A stretch of 63,096 nucleotides of DNA, filler included, from an uncultured bacterium (GTDB lineage Bacteria; Hinthialibacterota; Hinthialibacteria; Hinthialibacterales; Hinthialibacteraceae): assembly GCA_964449065.1 (NCBI GenBank). It is 7 parts of 7 records of this genome, joined end to end, with 100 filler letters (N's around TTAATTAATTAA, not from the genome) between each part and the next. Parts side by side here need not be neighbours in the genome. Positions count along the whole stretch, not along the records: positions 1 to 9,065 come from CAYVAZ010000206.1; positions 9,166 to 18,101 come from CAYVAZ010000208.1; 5 more parts are not named here. The stretch is one strand, 5' to 3'. Below the pieces are notes generated by a model. The model saw only the letters and a list, made by a program, of their open reading frames with translations. It made no database searches and was not told where the DNA came from. This document shows positions 1 to 9,564 of this stretch, piece by piece. Both the position numbers and the translations under genes were made by a program. Position 1 is the first letter of the stretch; each line of letters starts with the position of its first letter.

Positions 1-138
1 AATTCTATTATATTCAGAAAGTTATGGCATACTTTTCAATATCAACTGCTTTTTTTAGGATTATCTATTATCCATTCGCTCAAAAAAAACCCTGCTTCGA
101 AGGGAAAAGCAGGGCAAAGGCTGGAAAAAACGAATGGT

Positions 139-3100
139 TCAATTGGATATAAATTCCACTGCTCCATCCGTCTTAAATGGTCCTGAGAAATTGCTGCCTG
201 TTGCGGTGTTGATTCCCTTGTGAATGACATAAACGCTGAATTGGTACGTTTGACCAAATTGTGGTCCTTGCTTAAACGCTGGAAATACGTCTTTCTCTCC
301 AGCTGACCATACAAATGATTCGGCTTCGGAATGGTTAACGATCCCCAAAAAACTCTTCTGTTTGCCGTCAATGGAAACAAAGACAAAATAGTTTTTGATG
401 GTATCTTTATCGATACCGGCTAATTCCCAGCGAACAACCAACTCGCGGTCATCTTCTGGGTCATCATCGGTTTGGCCGCTTAAATCCTCGTACGATTCGT
501 GATCGTCCGTCACCGTTACCCGTGTGGTCGGTTCAGCCGGAACAGGCGTTACCGTGGGGGTTGCAGTCGGCATTGGGGCCGCGTCACTCTCCGGTTGCGG
601 TGTCGGTGTCGCTGTGAATTTATTCACTTCATCACGGTTTTTCTGATTGGTTTCTTCATTCATTTTATGGAGATCAACCACGCTATAAGAAACTTCCAAA
701 GAAGACGTATGGCTGCCGTCATAAGCGGTCACGGAAAATACATACTCTCCAGCCGCGCTCGTATCCGCTTCAATTTGAATCAAACGGAAGGAACGGTTTT
801 TTACTTCATTAATAATCGTGATGGGCGCGTTCTCCGAAAAATGAATTTCAAATGGATCGTTGTCTTGATCTTGAATAAAAATGTTCGCCTTGGCGTTATG
901 ATGGATTTTCATTTCATCTTTTATGTTGCCTTTCATCTGAATGATCGGCGCATGATTATCCACCCGCGGCGTGTTGGTTGGAGTTGGTGTAGCCGTATTG
1001 GTTGGGGTCGCCGTATGGGTTGGTGTTGCCGTATTGGTTGGCGTTGCCGTGTTTGCGGGCGTTGCCGTGTTCGACGGTGTAGCGGTCAGTGTCGGTGTTG
1101 CTGTCGGTTCCGGCGTATTCGTATTTGTCGGAGTCGGTGTATTGGTTGGGTCGGTAGGCGTATTGGTATTCGTAGGCGTCGGTGGTACCGGGGTTACGGT
1201 CGGCTCTTCCGGTTTATACACGTTGATTGCGATGGAAACCGTTTTCGATTTCAAAATCCCGTCCGTCGCGTAAAATGAAATCTTGTCGGTACCGGTAAAA
1301 TCTTGATTGGGATCGTAGATCACTTTGCCGTTGGTCAACTCATCCCGGTTTAATGTCCCATGATTGGGGGTTTCGGTCAATACATATTCCATCCCATCAC
1401 CGTCAGGATCGTTGGCGTTTAAATGAATCACAGCGGCTGTGTTGATCACGGTGCGTAGAAAATATCCATTTGAGACAGGCGCCCGGTTTTCCGGCTCTGG
1501 CGGTTCCGCCGGTTCTAAATTTCGTGTAGGCACAGCCGTCGGCACTTCTGTAGCGGTTGGTTCCGGCTCTTGTGTGTTGTCCGGCTTCGCTGTTGGTTCA
1601 GCGGTTGGCTCCGGTTCCGCTGTTTCTGTTGGGACTGGAGTCTCACTGCCGTTTTCTCCGCTTCCATTTGTAAGCACCGGTGTCAAAGTTGGTGTCGCGG
1701 TAGGCACGGGAGTCAAAGTTGGAGTTGCGGTAGGCACGGGAGTATCGTCTACTTCAACGGGTACCTCAGTCGGGCTTGCTTCCGGTTGTTCGGTAGGAGT
1801 CGCTTCAAGATTCGGTACCGGCTCTCCTTCAATTACCAAACTATAAGACGAATTTCCTGTGCTGAAGGATTGATTCGCGCTTTTGTGAATACGGTCCAAA
1901 ACCGTATAGACGTTGTAATTCAGCCTATCATTTTGTGGAAAATAAGCCGTTTGATTCGCCCACAAATTGTGAGAGTAATTATGGATCCCAATGTAATGAT
2001 TTGACTCTGTGGAGGTAGGCGTATTCAACGCTGTAACTGTTACCGGAACATAATCATACTGCAATTCACTTTGATTGGAATCATTCGATTCATTCGGCCC
2101 TTTGATGGTACGTTCGGTAACCGTATACGCATTGAAGTTGAATCTTACATTCCGCGGTAAGTAAATAGAATCGCCATGAAAAAGGGTTGCAGTATAATTA
2201 TGAACCCGCAAAAAATGCTGTGCCGGTGAAGATGTGTCCGCTGTATTCAAATTCACATCCAACCTTGAAAAGTTGTACTGCAAATCCGGCTGAGTTGTAG
2301 AGTGACTTGTATTCGGGCCTTTAATGGTGCGGTCGGTTACCGTATACGCATTGAAATTGAAGCGGTCATTTTGCGGCAGGTACGCGACATCACCATGAAT
2401 CAAATTATGAGAATAATTGTGAATCCGCAAAAAGTGCTTGGCAGCGGAATCAGCCGTATTCAAACTCACCGTAACCGGTACAAAATCATAGTTCAACGCA
2501 TTTGTATTAGAGTCCGCCCGTTCATTCGGGCCTTTGATGGTGCGTTCCGATACGGTATACGCATTGAAGTTGTAGGATACATTGGCAGGCAATACAAACT
2601 CATCGTTGCTGCGAAATTGGCCTTCAACGTTATGCACCGTTACAAAGTGATCGGCGGGTGATTGTGTTATTTCTTCGTTGAACTGTACATGGATATTGTC
2701 GTAGGAATACTCCAACACTTCGTCTTCGGATGTTCCTCTCTCATTCGGTCCTTTAAAGAATCGCGCATCCGCACGGTAGGCATTAAAGTTATAATTGATA
2801 TCCTGCGGAAAGTAAAACGTATCTCCCTCTCTCAAAACAGGAGAGTAGTTGTGGATGATGACAAAGTAATCAACCCCATCAGCCTTCTTATCGTTTTTTA
2901 ATTCCACTGTGATTTCGCGAAAACTATATGTTAGATTACCGTTGCCGGAATTTCGCTGAACATTCGGCCCTTTGATGGTACGCTGTGTCACCGTATACGC
3001 ATTGAAGTTGAAGTTGATATTCATGGGAAGATACACCGTATCTCCGTGATTAAGCCGATGAGTGTAGTTGTGGATTTGGATGAAGTAATCCGCCGGTAAA

Positions 3101-3663
3101 TATTTGTTGTGCGTATTCAATTCGGCGGTCAACTCGGCAAAGTCATACCTCAGCGCATTCTCATTGCTGGTTCCCGATTCATTCGGCCCCTTCAAGGTGC
3201 GGTCTGTTTGGGTGTAGGCATTGAAGTTGAAGGAAACATCTTTCGGCAAATAGACCGTATCGCCATGTTCCAAATCCGCGTTATAATTGTGAATCCGCAA
3301 GAAATGGTTTGCCGGAGACCCACTTTGATGGGTGTTCAACGAAACCGTGATGGCATTGAACTCAACCACCAATTCAGTAACTTCATTCTGAATAGATACA
3401 TTTGGCCCTTTAATGACACGGCCGGTTCTGGTATAAGCATTGTAGTTGAAAGGAACCCGGTCCGGTGTGAATTGATCTCCAGAACGAAATTCACCTTCAA
3501 TACCGTGAACCTTTATAAAATAGTTTTCACTAGGCAATTCAGAGCCATCGCTCCCAACGATTTTTAACGTGACCGGTGAGTTAGCCAACACGCCCATTTG
3601 AAAAACAACCATGATGAACGCCACCAACATAACTCTCATAACATTTAGTGCTTCTTTTCTCAT
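139..3663 (-). CDS. Large secreted/surface protein: 8 x ~73-aa beta-rich repeats, Pro/Thr linkers, cadherin/Ig-like (Big_9-like) domains, acidic C-terminal domain
   Basis: Signal peptide after ATG 3663 (MRKEALN...GVLA). Repeat core HFxxIHNY..GD..YLP..FNFNAYT..RTIKGPN. NRAPVS..ANDPDGD..P.HGTL..Y.P..FTGTD.ISF cadherin-like motif. PTATPT linkers. Confidence 0.85.
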   Translation of the reverse strand: MRKEALNVMRVMLVAFIMVVFQMGVLANSPVTLKIVGSDGSELPSENYFIKVHGIEGEFRSGDQFTPDRVPFNYNAYTRTGRVIKGPNVSIQNEVTELVVEFNAITVSLNTHQSGSPANHFLRIHNYNADLEHGDTVYLPKDVSFNFNAYTQTDRTLKGPNESGTSNENALRYDFAELTAELNTHNKYLPADYFIQIHNYTHRLNHGDTVYLPMNINFNFNAYTVTQRTIKGPNVQRNSGNGNLTYSFREITVELKNDKKADGVDYFVIIHNYSPVLREGDTFYFPQDINYNFNAYRADARFFKGPNERGTSEDEVLEYSYDNIHVQFNEEITQSPADHFVTVHNVEGQFRSNDEFVLPANVSYNFNAYTVSERTIKGPNERADSNTNALNYDFVPVTVSLNTADSAAKHFLRIHNYSHNLIHGDVAYLPQNDRFNFNAYTVTDRTIKGPNTSHSTTQPDLQYNFSRLDVNLNTADTSSPAQHFLRVHNYTATLFHGDSIYLPRNVRFNFNAYTVTERTIKGPNESNDSNQSELQYDYVPVTVTALNTPTSTESNHYIGIHNYSHNLWANQTAYFPQNDRLNYNVYTVLDRIHKSANQSFSTGNSSYSLVIEGEPVPNLEATPTEQPEASPTEVPVEVDDTPVPTATPTLTPVPTATPTLTPVLTNGSGENGSETPVPTETAEPEPTAEPTAKPDNTQEPEPTATEVPTAVPTRNLEPAEPPEPENRAPVSNGYFLRTVINTAAVIHLNANDPDGDGMEYVLTETPNHGTLNRDELTNGKVIYDPNQDFTGTDKISFYATDGILKSKTVSIAINVYKPEEPTVTPVPPTPTNTNTPTDPTNTPTPTNTNTPEPTATPTLTATPSNTATPANTATPTNTATPTHTATPTNTATPTPTNTPRVDNHAPIIQMKGNIKDEMKIHHNAKANIFIQDQDNDPFEIHFSENAPITIINEVKNRSFRLIQIEADTSAAGEYVFSVTAYDGSHTSSLEVSYSVVDLHKMNEETNQKNRDEVNKFTATPTPQPESDAAPMPTATPTVTPVPAEPTTRVTVTDDHESYEDLSGQTDDDPEDDRELVVRWELAGIDKDTIKNYFVFVSIDGKQKSFLGIVNHSEAESFVWSAGEKDVFPAFKQGPQFGQTYQFSVYVIHKGINTATGSNFSGPFKTDGAVEFISN

Positions 3664-3729
3664 TTTGACTCTCACTTCCAGCGGATTTTGATTGAATAGC
3701 AATGTTTAATTACTTATATAGGTAATTAT

Positions 3730-3745
3730 TGTAATTTGCGTGCCA
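3730..3745 (-). promoter_or_regulatory. Possible sigma54 -24/-12 promoter for the large repeat protein
   Basis: Minus strand reads TGGCACGCAAATTACA. Perfect -24 element; -12 is AC rather than GC. Confidence 0.4.
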
Positions 3746-3930
3746 TGTTTACCTGGTCAGGTAAAAAATTATCAGGCAAACAGATGAGTGGTTTTAGAGT
3801 AAAATTAATATAATATTATATTCTATAGTATATAAATAAATCGAATTGAATCCTTTAAAAAACATGTAAAATGCGGTATAATTGTTTGTTATGAATGTTT
3901 CCGATTTGGATTTATTAAAGGTGAAATGAA

Positions 3931-5091
3931 ATGGCTGTTAAACAAATGAGTAGATTTATTTTTTCTTTAATTCTTATTGTAAATATATTGATATGCCTAA
4001 GTGTCTCCAGTAAAGAGTTGGATATCTTTGAACTGGAAAATTCATCCTATGAAGTCATCAGCACTGGCAGCGGATATTTCCCGGTTTTGCTTCAGCTTGA
4101 AAACCGGCTCTATGCGGTAATTCGTGCCGGGGGTGGGCATTTAGGGATTGGCGGGTATCTGGTTTTACTCCGTTCCTTCCCCAATTTTGTAAAATGGGAA
4201 CAACCCATCACCATAGTAAATAGTCCACTGGATGACCGTAACCCGGCGGCAGGTTTTGGTGAAAACAACCGATTGATTTTAGGGTATCATGAACAAGGAA
4301 GTTATAACGAAGATAATCAATATCAACCTCAATTAAAGCAAACCCGAACCATGCTCACCTGGTCGGATGACTTCGGTACCACTTGGAGCGAACCGAAACC
4401 CATCGAAGGGCTTGGCATCGACGGTGCGTCTCCTTACGGAAAGATCATCAATGCGGGTGACGGACAACTCATCATGAATGTCTATGGCGATTATTCCCAA
4501 ACCATGCTGCAAGGAATGGCTACTTCCGATCAACTGAAGAACTATGCCTATCTCATCCGCTCATCTGACAATGGAGAGACCTGGATGAATCCTTCATTGA
4601 TCGCCGGAGGCCATAACGAAACCGCTCTGCTTTTAATGGACAATGGAGTGTTGGCAGCGGCGTCACGTTCAGTCGGTTCGCAAAAAATCGATGTAATGTT
4701 AAGTGATGATCACGGCATCTCTTGGTCGAACCCGGTCAAAATCACCAACGCCATGCAGCACCCTGCCGATTTGATTCAACTCAAAAACGGGTGGGTCGTC
4801 CTGTTTTTTGGTGACCGCAGTGTGAAAGAAAAAGTGGTTCGGGCCATTGTTTCGCGTGACAATTGCCGTACGTGGGATATCGGCCATGAAATTTTGTTAA
4901 CCCGTCCGGTTGATGGAGACTTCGGGTATCCCAGCGCCGCCAAACTCCCGGATGGGCGAATCGCGGTAGCCCACTATTGGGCGGGCTACGCGGAAAACAG
5001 CTACGACGGCAGCAAAGCCCGCGCGGCCGTCACCTACTTCAACGAAGACGAATTCATCGAAGCCTATTCCAATCTTCTATCGGAACAATAA
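3931..5091 (+). CDS. Secreted sialidase-family / BNR (Asp-box) beta-propeller protein
   Basis: Signal peptide. Asp boxes SDDFGTTW, SSDNGETW, SDDHGISW, SRDNCRTW. DDRNP and DFGYPS motifs. Confidence 0.85.
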   Translation: MAVKQMSRFIFSLILIVNILICLSVSSKELDIFELENSSYEVISTGSGYFPVLLQLENRLYAVIRAGGGHLGIGGYLVLLRSFPNFVKWEQPITIVNSPLDDRNPAAGFGENNRLILGYHEQGSYNEDNQYQPQLKQTRTMLTWSDDFGTTWSEPKPIEGLGIDGASPYGKIINAGDGQLIMNVYGDYSQTMLQGMATSDQLKNYAYLIRSSDNGETWMNPSLIAGGHNETALLLMDNGVLAAASRSVGSQKIDVMLSDDHGISWSNPVKITNAMQHPADLIQLKNGWVVLFFGDRSVKEKVVRAIVSRDNCRTWDIGHEILLTRPVDGDFGYPSAAKLPDGRIAVAHYWAGYAENSYDGSKARAAVTYFNEDEFIEAYSNLLSEQ

Positions 5092-5179
5092 ATAGGTTTG
5101 AGGGGTGTGCATGTCATCTCTCTCAATAAAAAGAGATTGTTCCAGAGATGCAATGGGATTGAAACGCGCTGACGGCCTA

Positions 5180-5380
5180 TCGATCCCCCAAGCCTCCCTT
5201 AACAAGGGGGGAACCTGCCTCATCACAAGCAAGAGCGCCGTTCCAAAACCCCCTTGCATAAGGGGGTGGAGCCGCAGGCTCCGGGGGATTTGCGCCGTTG
5301 GGATACGCTTCGATATTCACGACTTCGCGAACCCAATCGGAAATTGGTTAAGCCGCATAAAGCCGCATAAAGCCGCATAA
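5180..5380. repeat. Intergenic palindromic repeat cluster plus short tandem repeat
   Basis: GGGGGTGGAGCCGCAGGCTCCGGGGGATTT matches the reverse complement of ~36670-36699. CCCCTTGCATAAGGGG hairpin. (AAGCCGCATA)x3 at ~5350-5379. Confidence 0.7.
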
Positions 5381-5478
5381 CCAGCGAGAGAAGTGACATG
5401 CACCCTTCCGTAAAAAATTCGTTCATCTTTTTTGATTTTCACTTACAATAATGTGTATGAATAATTAAAGGTGGTATC

Positions 5479-6549
5479 ATGGTTTTATTTTCTACCCAGC
5501 ATCCTACAGAAGACTCGCTTCACCGCAAAACGGTTGAAGGCGAACTGTATGATACAATAAACGAACAAAAAAAATTGATCCAATGCTATGCCTGTGGACA
5601 CCGGTGCAAGATCCCGGAAGGCCGGCCGGGAATTTGCAAAGTCCGTTTTAATGAAGGCGGAAAACTTAAAGTCCCTTTTAATTATGTCGCCGCGCTGCAA
5701 TGCGACCCGATCGAGAAAAAGCCGTTCTTTCATGTTCGCCCCGGCTCGTTGGCCTTTAGTTTTGGAATGCTGGGCTGCGATTATCATTGCGCCTATTGCC
5801 AAAACTGGGATATATCCCAAACCCTGCGCGACCAAAACGCGGGTCGGCCTATTCAAGAAATGACTTCGCCGGAATTGATTGAACTGGCGCTCAGCCGGGG
5901 GGCTTCTACCATCACCAGTACATACAATGAACCGCTCATTACTTCGGAGTGGGCAGTCGATGTGTTTCAAGAAGCCAAACGCAATGGTCTAATGACATCC
6001 TATGTTTCCAACGGCAACGGCACGCCGGAAGTCATTGAATACATTCGCCCCTGGACTGATTTGTACAAAATCGATCTGAAAAGCTTTCAGGATAAAGAAT
6101 ACCGCAAACTAGGTGGCACCTTGCAGGCTGTTTTGGACACCATAAAACTCGTGAAAGAAAAGGGATTCTGGACGGAAATTGTCACGCTGATTGTGCCGGG
6201 ATTAAACGATGATTTAAGTGAATTGCGTGACATGGCAAAATTCATCGCATCGGTGCATCCGGAAATTCCGTGGCATGTGACAGCCTTTCATGAAGACTAT
6301 AAAATGCGCGGCATGGGCAACACCAAAAGCAATACGCTGTTGCGCGCCGCCGAAACCGGCAAAGAAGAAGGCCTACAGTTTGTCTATGCGGGGAACATCC
6401 CCGGCCGCTTGGGCGATTGGGAAAGCACCTACTGCCCGCAATGCAATGACCTTTTGGTGGAGCGGGTAGGCTTTCGTGTCATTGACAACAGAATGCGGGA
6501 CGGCAATTGTCCTTCGTGCGGCCATTTCATTCCGGGGATATGGAATTAA
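5479..6549 (+). CDS. amrS: AmmeMemoRadiSam system radical SAM enzyme
   Basis: N-terminal CxxCxHxC..GxCxVR, DPIEKKP.FH..PG, radical SAM motif CDYHCAYC, C-terminal TYCPQC..CPSC. Confidence 0.9.
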   Translation: MVLFSTQHPTEDSLHRKTVEGELYDTINEQKKLIQCYACGHRCKIPEGRPGICKVRFNEGGKLKVPFNYVAALQCDPIEKKPFFHVRPGSLAFSFGMLGCDYHCAYCQNWDISQTLRDQNAGRPIQEMTSPELIELALSRGASTITSTYNEPLITSEWAVDVFQEAKRNGLMTSYVSNGNGTPEVIEYIRPWTDLYKIDLKSFQDKEYRKLGGTLQAVLDTIKLVKEKGFWTEIVTLIVPGLNDDLSELRDMAKFIASVHPEIPWHVTAFHEDYKMRGMGNTKSNTLLRAAETGKEEGLQFVYAGNIPGRLGDWESTYCPQCNDLLVERVGFRVIDNRMRDGNCPSCGHFIPGIWN

Positions 6550-6552
6550 CGA

Positions 6553-8742
6553 ATGATGAAGCGCTTACAATCCAGATTGATTGCCGCGTTTTTGGGGGTG
6601 GTGCTCTTAACCATGATCCCCCTTTCTCTATTTCACTATTATTCCATCGATTCGTGGTTTCAAGATTCCCGCGACAAAATGATTGAAGAAGCCCGGGAAG
6701 AGATGTTTGCGGAATATAGCAAAAATTTAAAAACGCTCGACAAAATCTTTTTTCCGGCAGTGAAGGCGTTTAACGAAAGCATTCAAGACAACCCATCGAC
6801 TATTGCAAACTTCAAAAAGAGTGAAACGCCCGATGATTTGGATCAGCACAAACTGTTTTTTCAAATCCGGTATTCCGAGTCCAAACTCAATCCCAACTAT
6901 AACTTCCCGGGATTGCAGTTGGAAGTTGTCCCGCTTTCTCTCTACGAAAAAATGCGGGAGTGGAGTGAGAACAACCACAAAATTGAAGACAAGCAAAACG
7001 GTATTATTTATTACTATGCGATGCACGGGATTGTGAAGGGATTTCACGCAAAAAACATGGAAGTGATTGGAGGATTGCTGATATCGATCCCGTTAGTTAG
7101 AAAAACAAATGATGAAACCAATTATGAATTATGGTTGGGCATTAACAACCGCTTACAGGGTGATACCCGAGTCATTGGGTCCAATCCGTTTTTACTGAAA
7201 GACGTTCTTTCCGCCGACGATTACAATACCTTGTATACGCAAAAGAACGAAATTGAAGTGCATTCCTTGTCTGTCCCCTGGATGAAAGATGGCGAACCGT
7301 TTCAAGCGTGGTTAAAGCCGGTTGTGAATCAAGACGGGGATTTATCCGCGATTATTATGATCGGGTCCAAAATCTTTAATGCCTGGGATGTCGTTGGCAG
7401 CACCATTCTGAACTCCACGGTTATGGTTGCCCTGGTCATGATCCTGTTGGCGGTTCTCATTTCGCGATCCATCTCCAAGCCGATGTATGAATTGGTTGAT
7501 GTCGCAAACAAGATGTCCCAAGGCGATTTCAGCGCCCAGATTGCCGTAAAGGGAACAACCGAACAGCAAGTACTGCGCAGCACATTCAACCAATTGGCCG
7601 ATCGAATCACCCTTCAGTTGAATCAATTGCAGCAGCAAACCAACCGCCTGGAAATCAGCAACCGCGAGTTGGAAAATACGCAGCGCTTCTTGCAAAATAT
7701 TTTGGTCAATATTCATACCGGTGTCTTGAGTGTAGACCGAAACGGCAAGATTACGCTGATCAATCAAGTCTGCCGGGAAATCCTCCACATTGACAGTTGC
7801 GAAGGCAAACCGTATTCCGAGGTGCTGGAATCGTCGATCTTTGTTCAACTCATCGCCCATTCACTAAAACGCTGTATTTGTATCTATCAACAAGAATTGC
7901 TCTATGAATCTCAGTATTTGCAGGAATCGATTCCGCTGCAAGTGAGTACGGTTCCCATGTTGCAGCAGGGAGAGTTTTCCGGGTTGGTGATCACCATTCA
8001 CGATCTTTCGACACTGCGAAAATTGGAAGCGGAAGTTCGGCGCCACGACCGGCTGGTCTCTCTGGGACGTATGGCGGGCGGATTGGCGCATGAAATTCGC
8101 AATCCGTTGGGAATCATTCGTGGTTCCGCTGAAATCTTGAACAAGCGCTTTGGAAACGATCCCAAAGAAGAGGGTCTATCTGAATTTATCATGGATGAAG
8201 TGACCCGGTTGTCGCGGGTGCTTTCAGACTTTTTGCTGTTCGCCCGCCCTCCGGCACCCAATATGGAACCGGTAGACGCGCAGGATTTGTTAAAGGATAT
8301 CACGCCGTATGTACAACAATCTGACGCGTTTGATATCCATTTTCAAATCGCGCCGGATACGCCCATGCTCTATTTAGACCGGCAATTGTGCAAACAAGCC
8401 TTTTTAAACTTGATTTTGAACGCGCAAGACGCCATGCCGGATGGTGGCACCATAACGATCAAAGTCCGCCCGTTACGAACTCATGAAGTGCTGATTGAAA
8501 TTGTGGATGAAGGAGAGGGGATCCCGGAGGAAATCATGGACCGTGTGTTTGATCCGTTTGTGACTTCGAAAGATAAAGGCACCGGATTGGGGCTATCGCT
8601 GGTTCATCAAATTGTATCCAATCAAGAGGGAAAAATCGAAGTGGATAGCCGCCCCGGAAAAGGCACATGCTTTCGCATTATATTTCCGGCATACCGAAAG
8701 CCCGCTGCCCAAGTAGACCGTTTTGATTTACAAACAGTGTAA
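6553..8742 (+). CDS. Membrane sensor histidine kinase (HAMP, PAS, HisKA, HATPase)
   Basis: Two TM segments, HAMP, H-box LAHEIRNPL, N-box NLILNA, G1 DEGEGI, G2 GTGLGL. Confidence 0.92.
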   Translation: MMKRLQSRLIAAFLGVVLLTMIPLSLFHYYSIDSWFQDSRDKMIEEAREEMFAEYSKNLKTLDKIFFPAVKAFNESIQDNPSTIANFKKSETPDDLDQHKLFFQIRYSESKLNPNYNFPGLQLEVVPLSLYEKMREWSENNHKIEDKQNGIIYYYAMHGIVKGFHAKNMEVIGGLLISIPLVRKTNDETNYELWLGINNRLQGDTRVIGSNPFLLKDVLSADDYNTLYTQKNEIEVHSLSVPWMKDGEPFQAWLKPVVNQDGDLSAIIMIGSKIFNAWDVVGSTILNSTVMVALVMILLAVLISRSISKPMYELVDVANKMSQGDFSAQIAVKGTTEQQVLRSTFNQLADRITLQLNQLQQQTNRLEISNRELENTQRFLQNILVNIHTGVLSVDRNGKITLINQVCREILHIDSCEGKPYSEVLESSIFVQLIAHSLKRCICIYQQELLYESQYLQESIPLQVSTVPMLQQGEFSGLVITIHDLSTLRKLEAEVRRHDRLVSLGRMAGGLAHEIRNPLGIIRGSAEILNKRFGNDPKEEGLSEFIMDEVTRLSRVLSDFLLFARPPAPNMEPVDAQDLLKDITPYVQQSDAFDIHFQIAPDTPMLYLDRQLCKQAFLNLILNAQDAMPDGGTITIKVRPLRTHEVLIEIVDEGEGIPEEIMDRVFDPFVTSKDKGTGLGLSLVHQIVSNQEGKIEVDSRPGKGTCFRIIFPAYRKPAAQVDRFDLQTV

Positions 8743-8898
8743 TATTCTTTACCAATGCTTTGCTTACTGATTGTGCAGAATTCGTTCTAAATCCGGTAAA
8801 GAGGCGTTGTGTCTCAGAGTGTCTTCAATAAACCCTTACGCTTTCATGGTGAATACAAGTAAGAATCTTCATTCCATTTGCGGCTGAAGCGCAGCTAA

Positions 8899-9045
8899 TA
8901 CCATTTTCAAAATAGAATAGTTCACTATGAATGACGGAACGGAAAATAGTATTGATGATAGTGCAGGCATCTTGCCTGCAAAAGCCTTTGTCTCCCCCAA
9001 AGCATTTGGAGGAGATGTCCGACGTAAGGAGGACAGAGGGGGTGC
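8899..9045 (+). repeat. ~145-bp dispersed repeat element (family B)
   Basis: Near-identical inverted copy at ~36693-36839 (ATACCATTTT..ATGAATGACGGAACGG..GTGCAG..TGTCTCC..CGACGTAAGGAGGACAGAGGGGGT). Partial copy at 12038-12111. Confidence 0.85.
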
Positions 9046-9065
9046 GAAGAGAACCATAAACCATA

Positions 9066-9165
9066 NNNNNNNNNNNNNNNNNNNNNNNNNNNNNNNNNNN
9101 NNNNNNNNNTTAATTAATTAANNNNNNNNNNNNNNNNNNNNNNNNNNNNNNNNNNNNNNNNNNNN
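9066..9165. other. Artificial contig spacer (first of six)
   Basis: N run with a central TTAATTAATTAA six-frame stop. The same spacer recurs at 18102, 27138, 36172, 45181 and 54164. Confidence 0.99.
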
Positions 9166-9242
9166 GACTTCGCCGCCACCATACTCAACGTCTGGCGTTC
9201 TTTGAACGATTTAAAGTTTTTAACCGAAAATTCTACCAGCAT
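9166..9242 (-). CDS. N-terminus of an AAA_21/RloA-like ATPase, cut by the contig edge
   Basis: Manual translation gives MLVEFSVKNFKSFKERQTLSMVAAK, the typical start of this family. Not in the ORF track. Confidence 0.7.
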
Positions 9243-9299
9243 TATGCACACCAATCATAAATTAATCGTAAGAAGTCAACCGCTTGAAGAGAAATTCCA

Positions 9300-9387
9300 C
9301 CTCCCAAAGATGGGAGAGGTTAGGGGAGAGCTTGAAGCACAGAGCGTTTAACCCCCACCTAGCCTCCCCCATTGCATTGGGGAGGAA
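9300..9387. repeat. Paired palindromic intergenic repeat (CTCCC..GGGAG type)
   Basis: CTCCCAAAGATGGGAGAGGTTAGGGG followed by the inverted partner CCCCACCTAGCCTCCCCCATTGCATTGGGGAGG. Confidence 0.6.
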
Positions 9388-9564
9388 CGAGAACATCTAT
9401 TCGATTTTTTAAAAATGCACTTCATATCATTGAGATATTACAAATAATCAAAATATTTGCGGATAATCAACATAAAATACGTTTATATTGTGTTATCGCC
9501 ATAAAATTATCATACTCAAGAAGGATTTGTCAATGGAAATCAACTGTTCACTCATCACTCATCA

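Noticed and set aside
960..1200. 18-bp periodic repeats resembling an array
   Set aside because: They encode PTNTAT linker repeats. There are no unique spacers, so this is not CRISPR.
499..2004. Plus-strand Val/Gly- and Arg/Cys-rich ORFs
   Set aside because: Antisense shadows of the Pro/Thr linkers in the minus-strand surface protein.
9066..9165. TTAATTAATTAA recurring about every 9 kb inside N runs
   Set aside because: Artificial contig linker. ORFs ending in XXXLIN are artefacts, and links across spacers are not real synteny.
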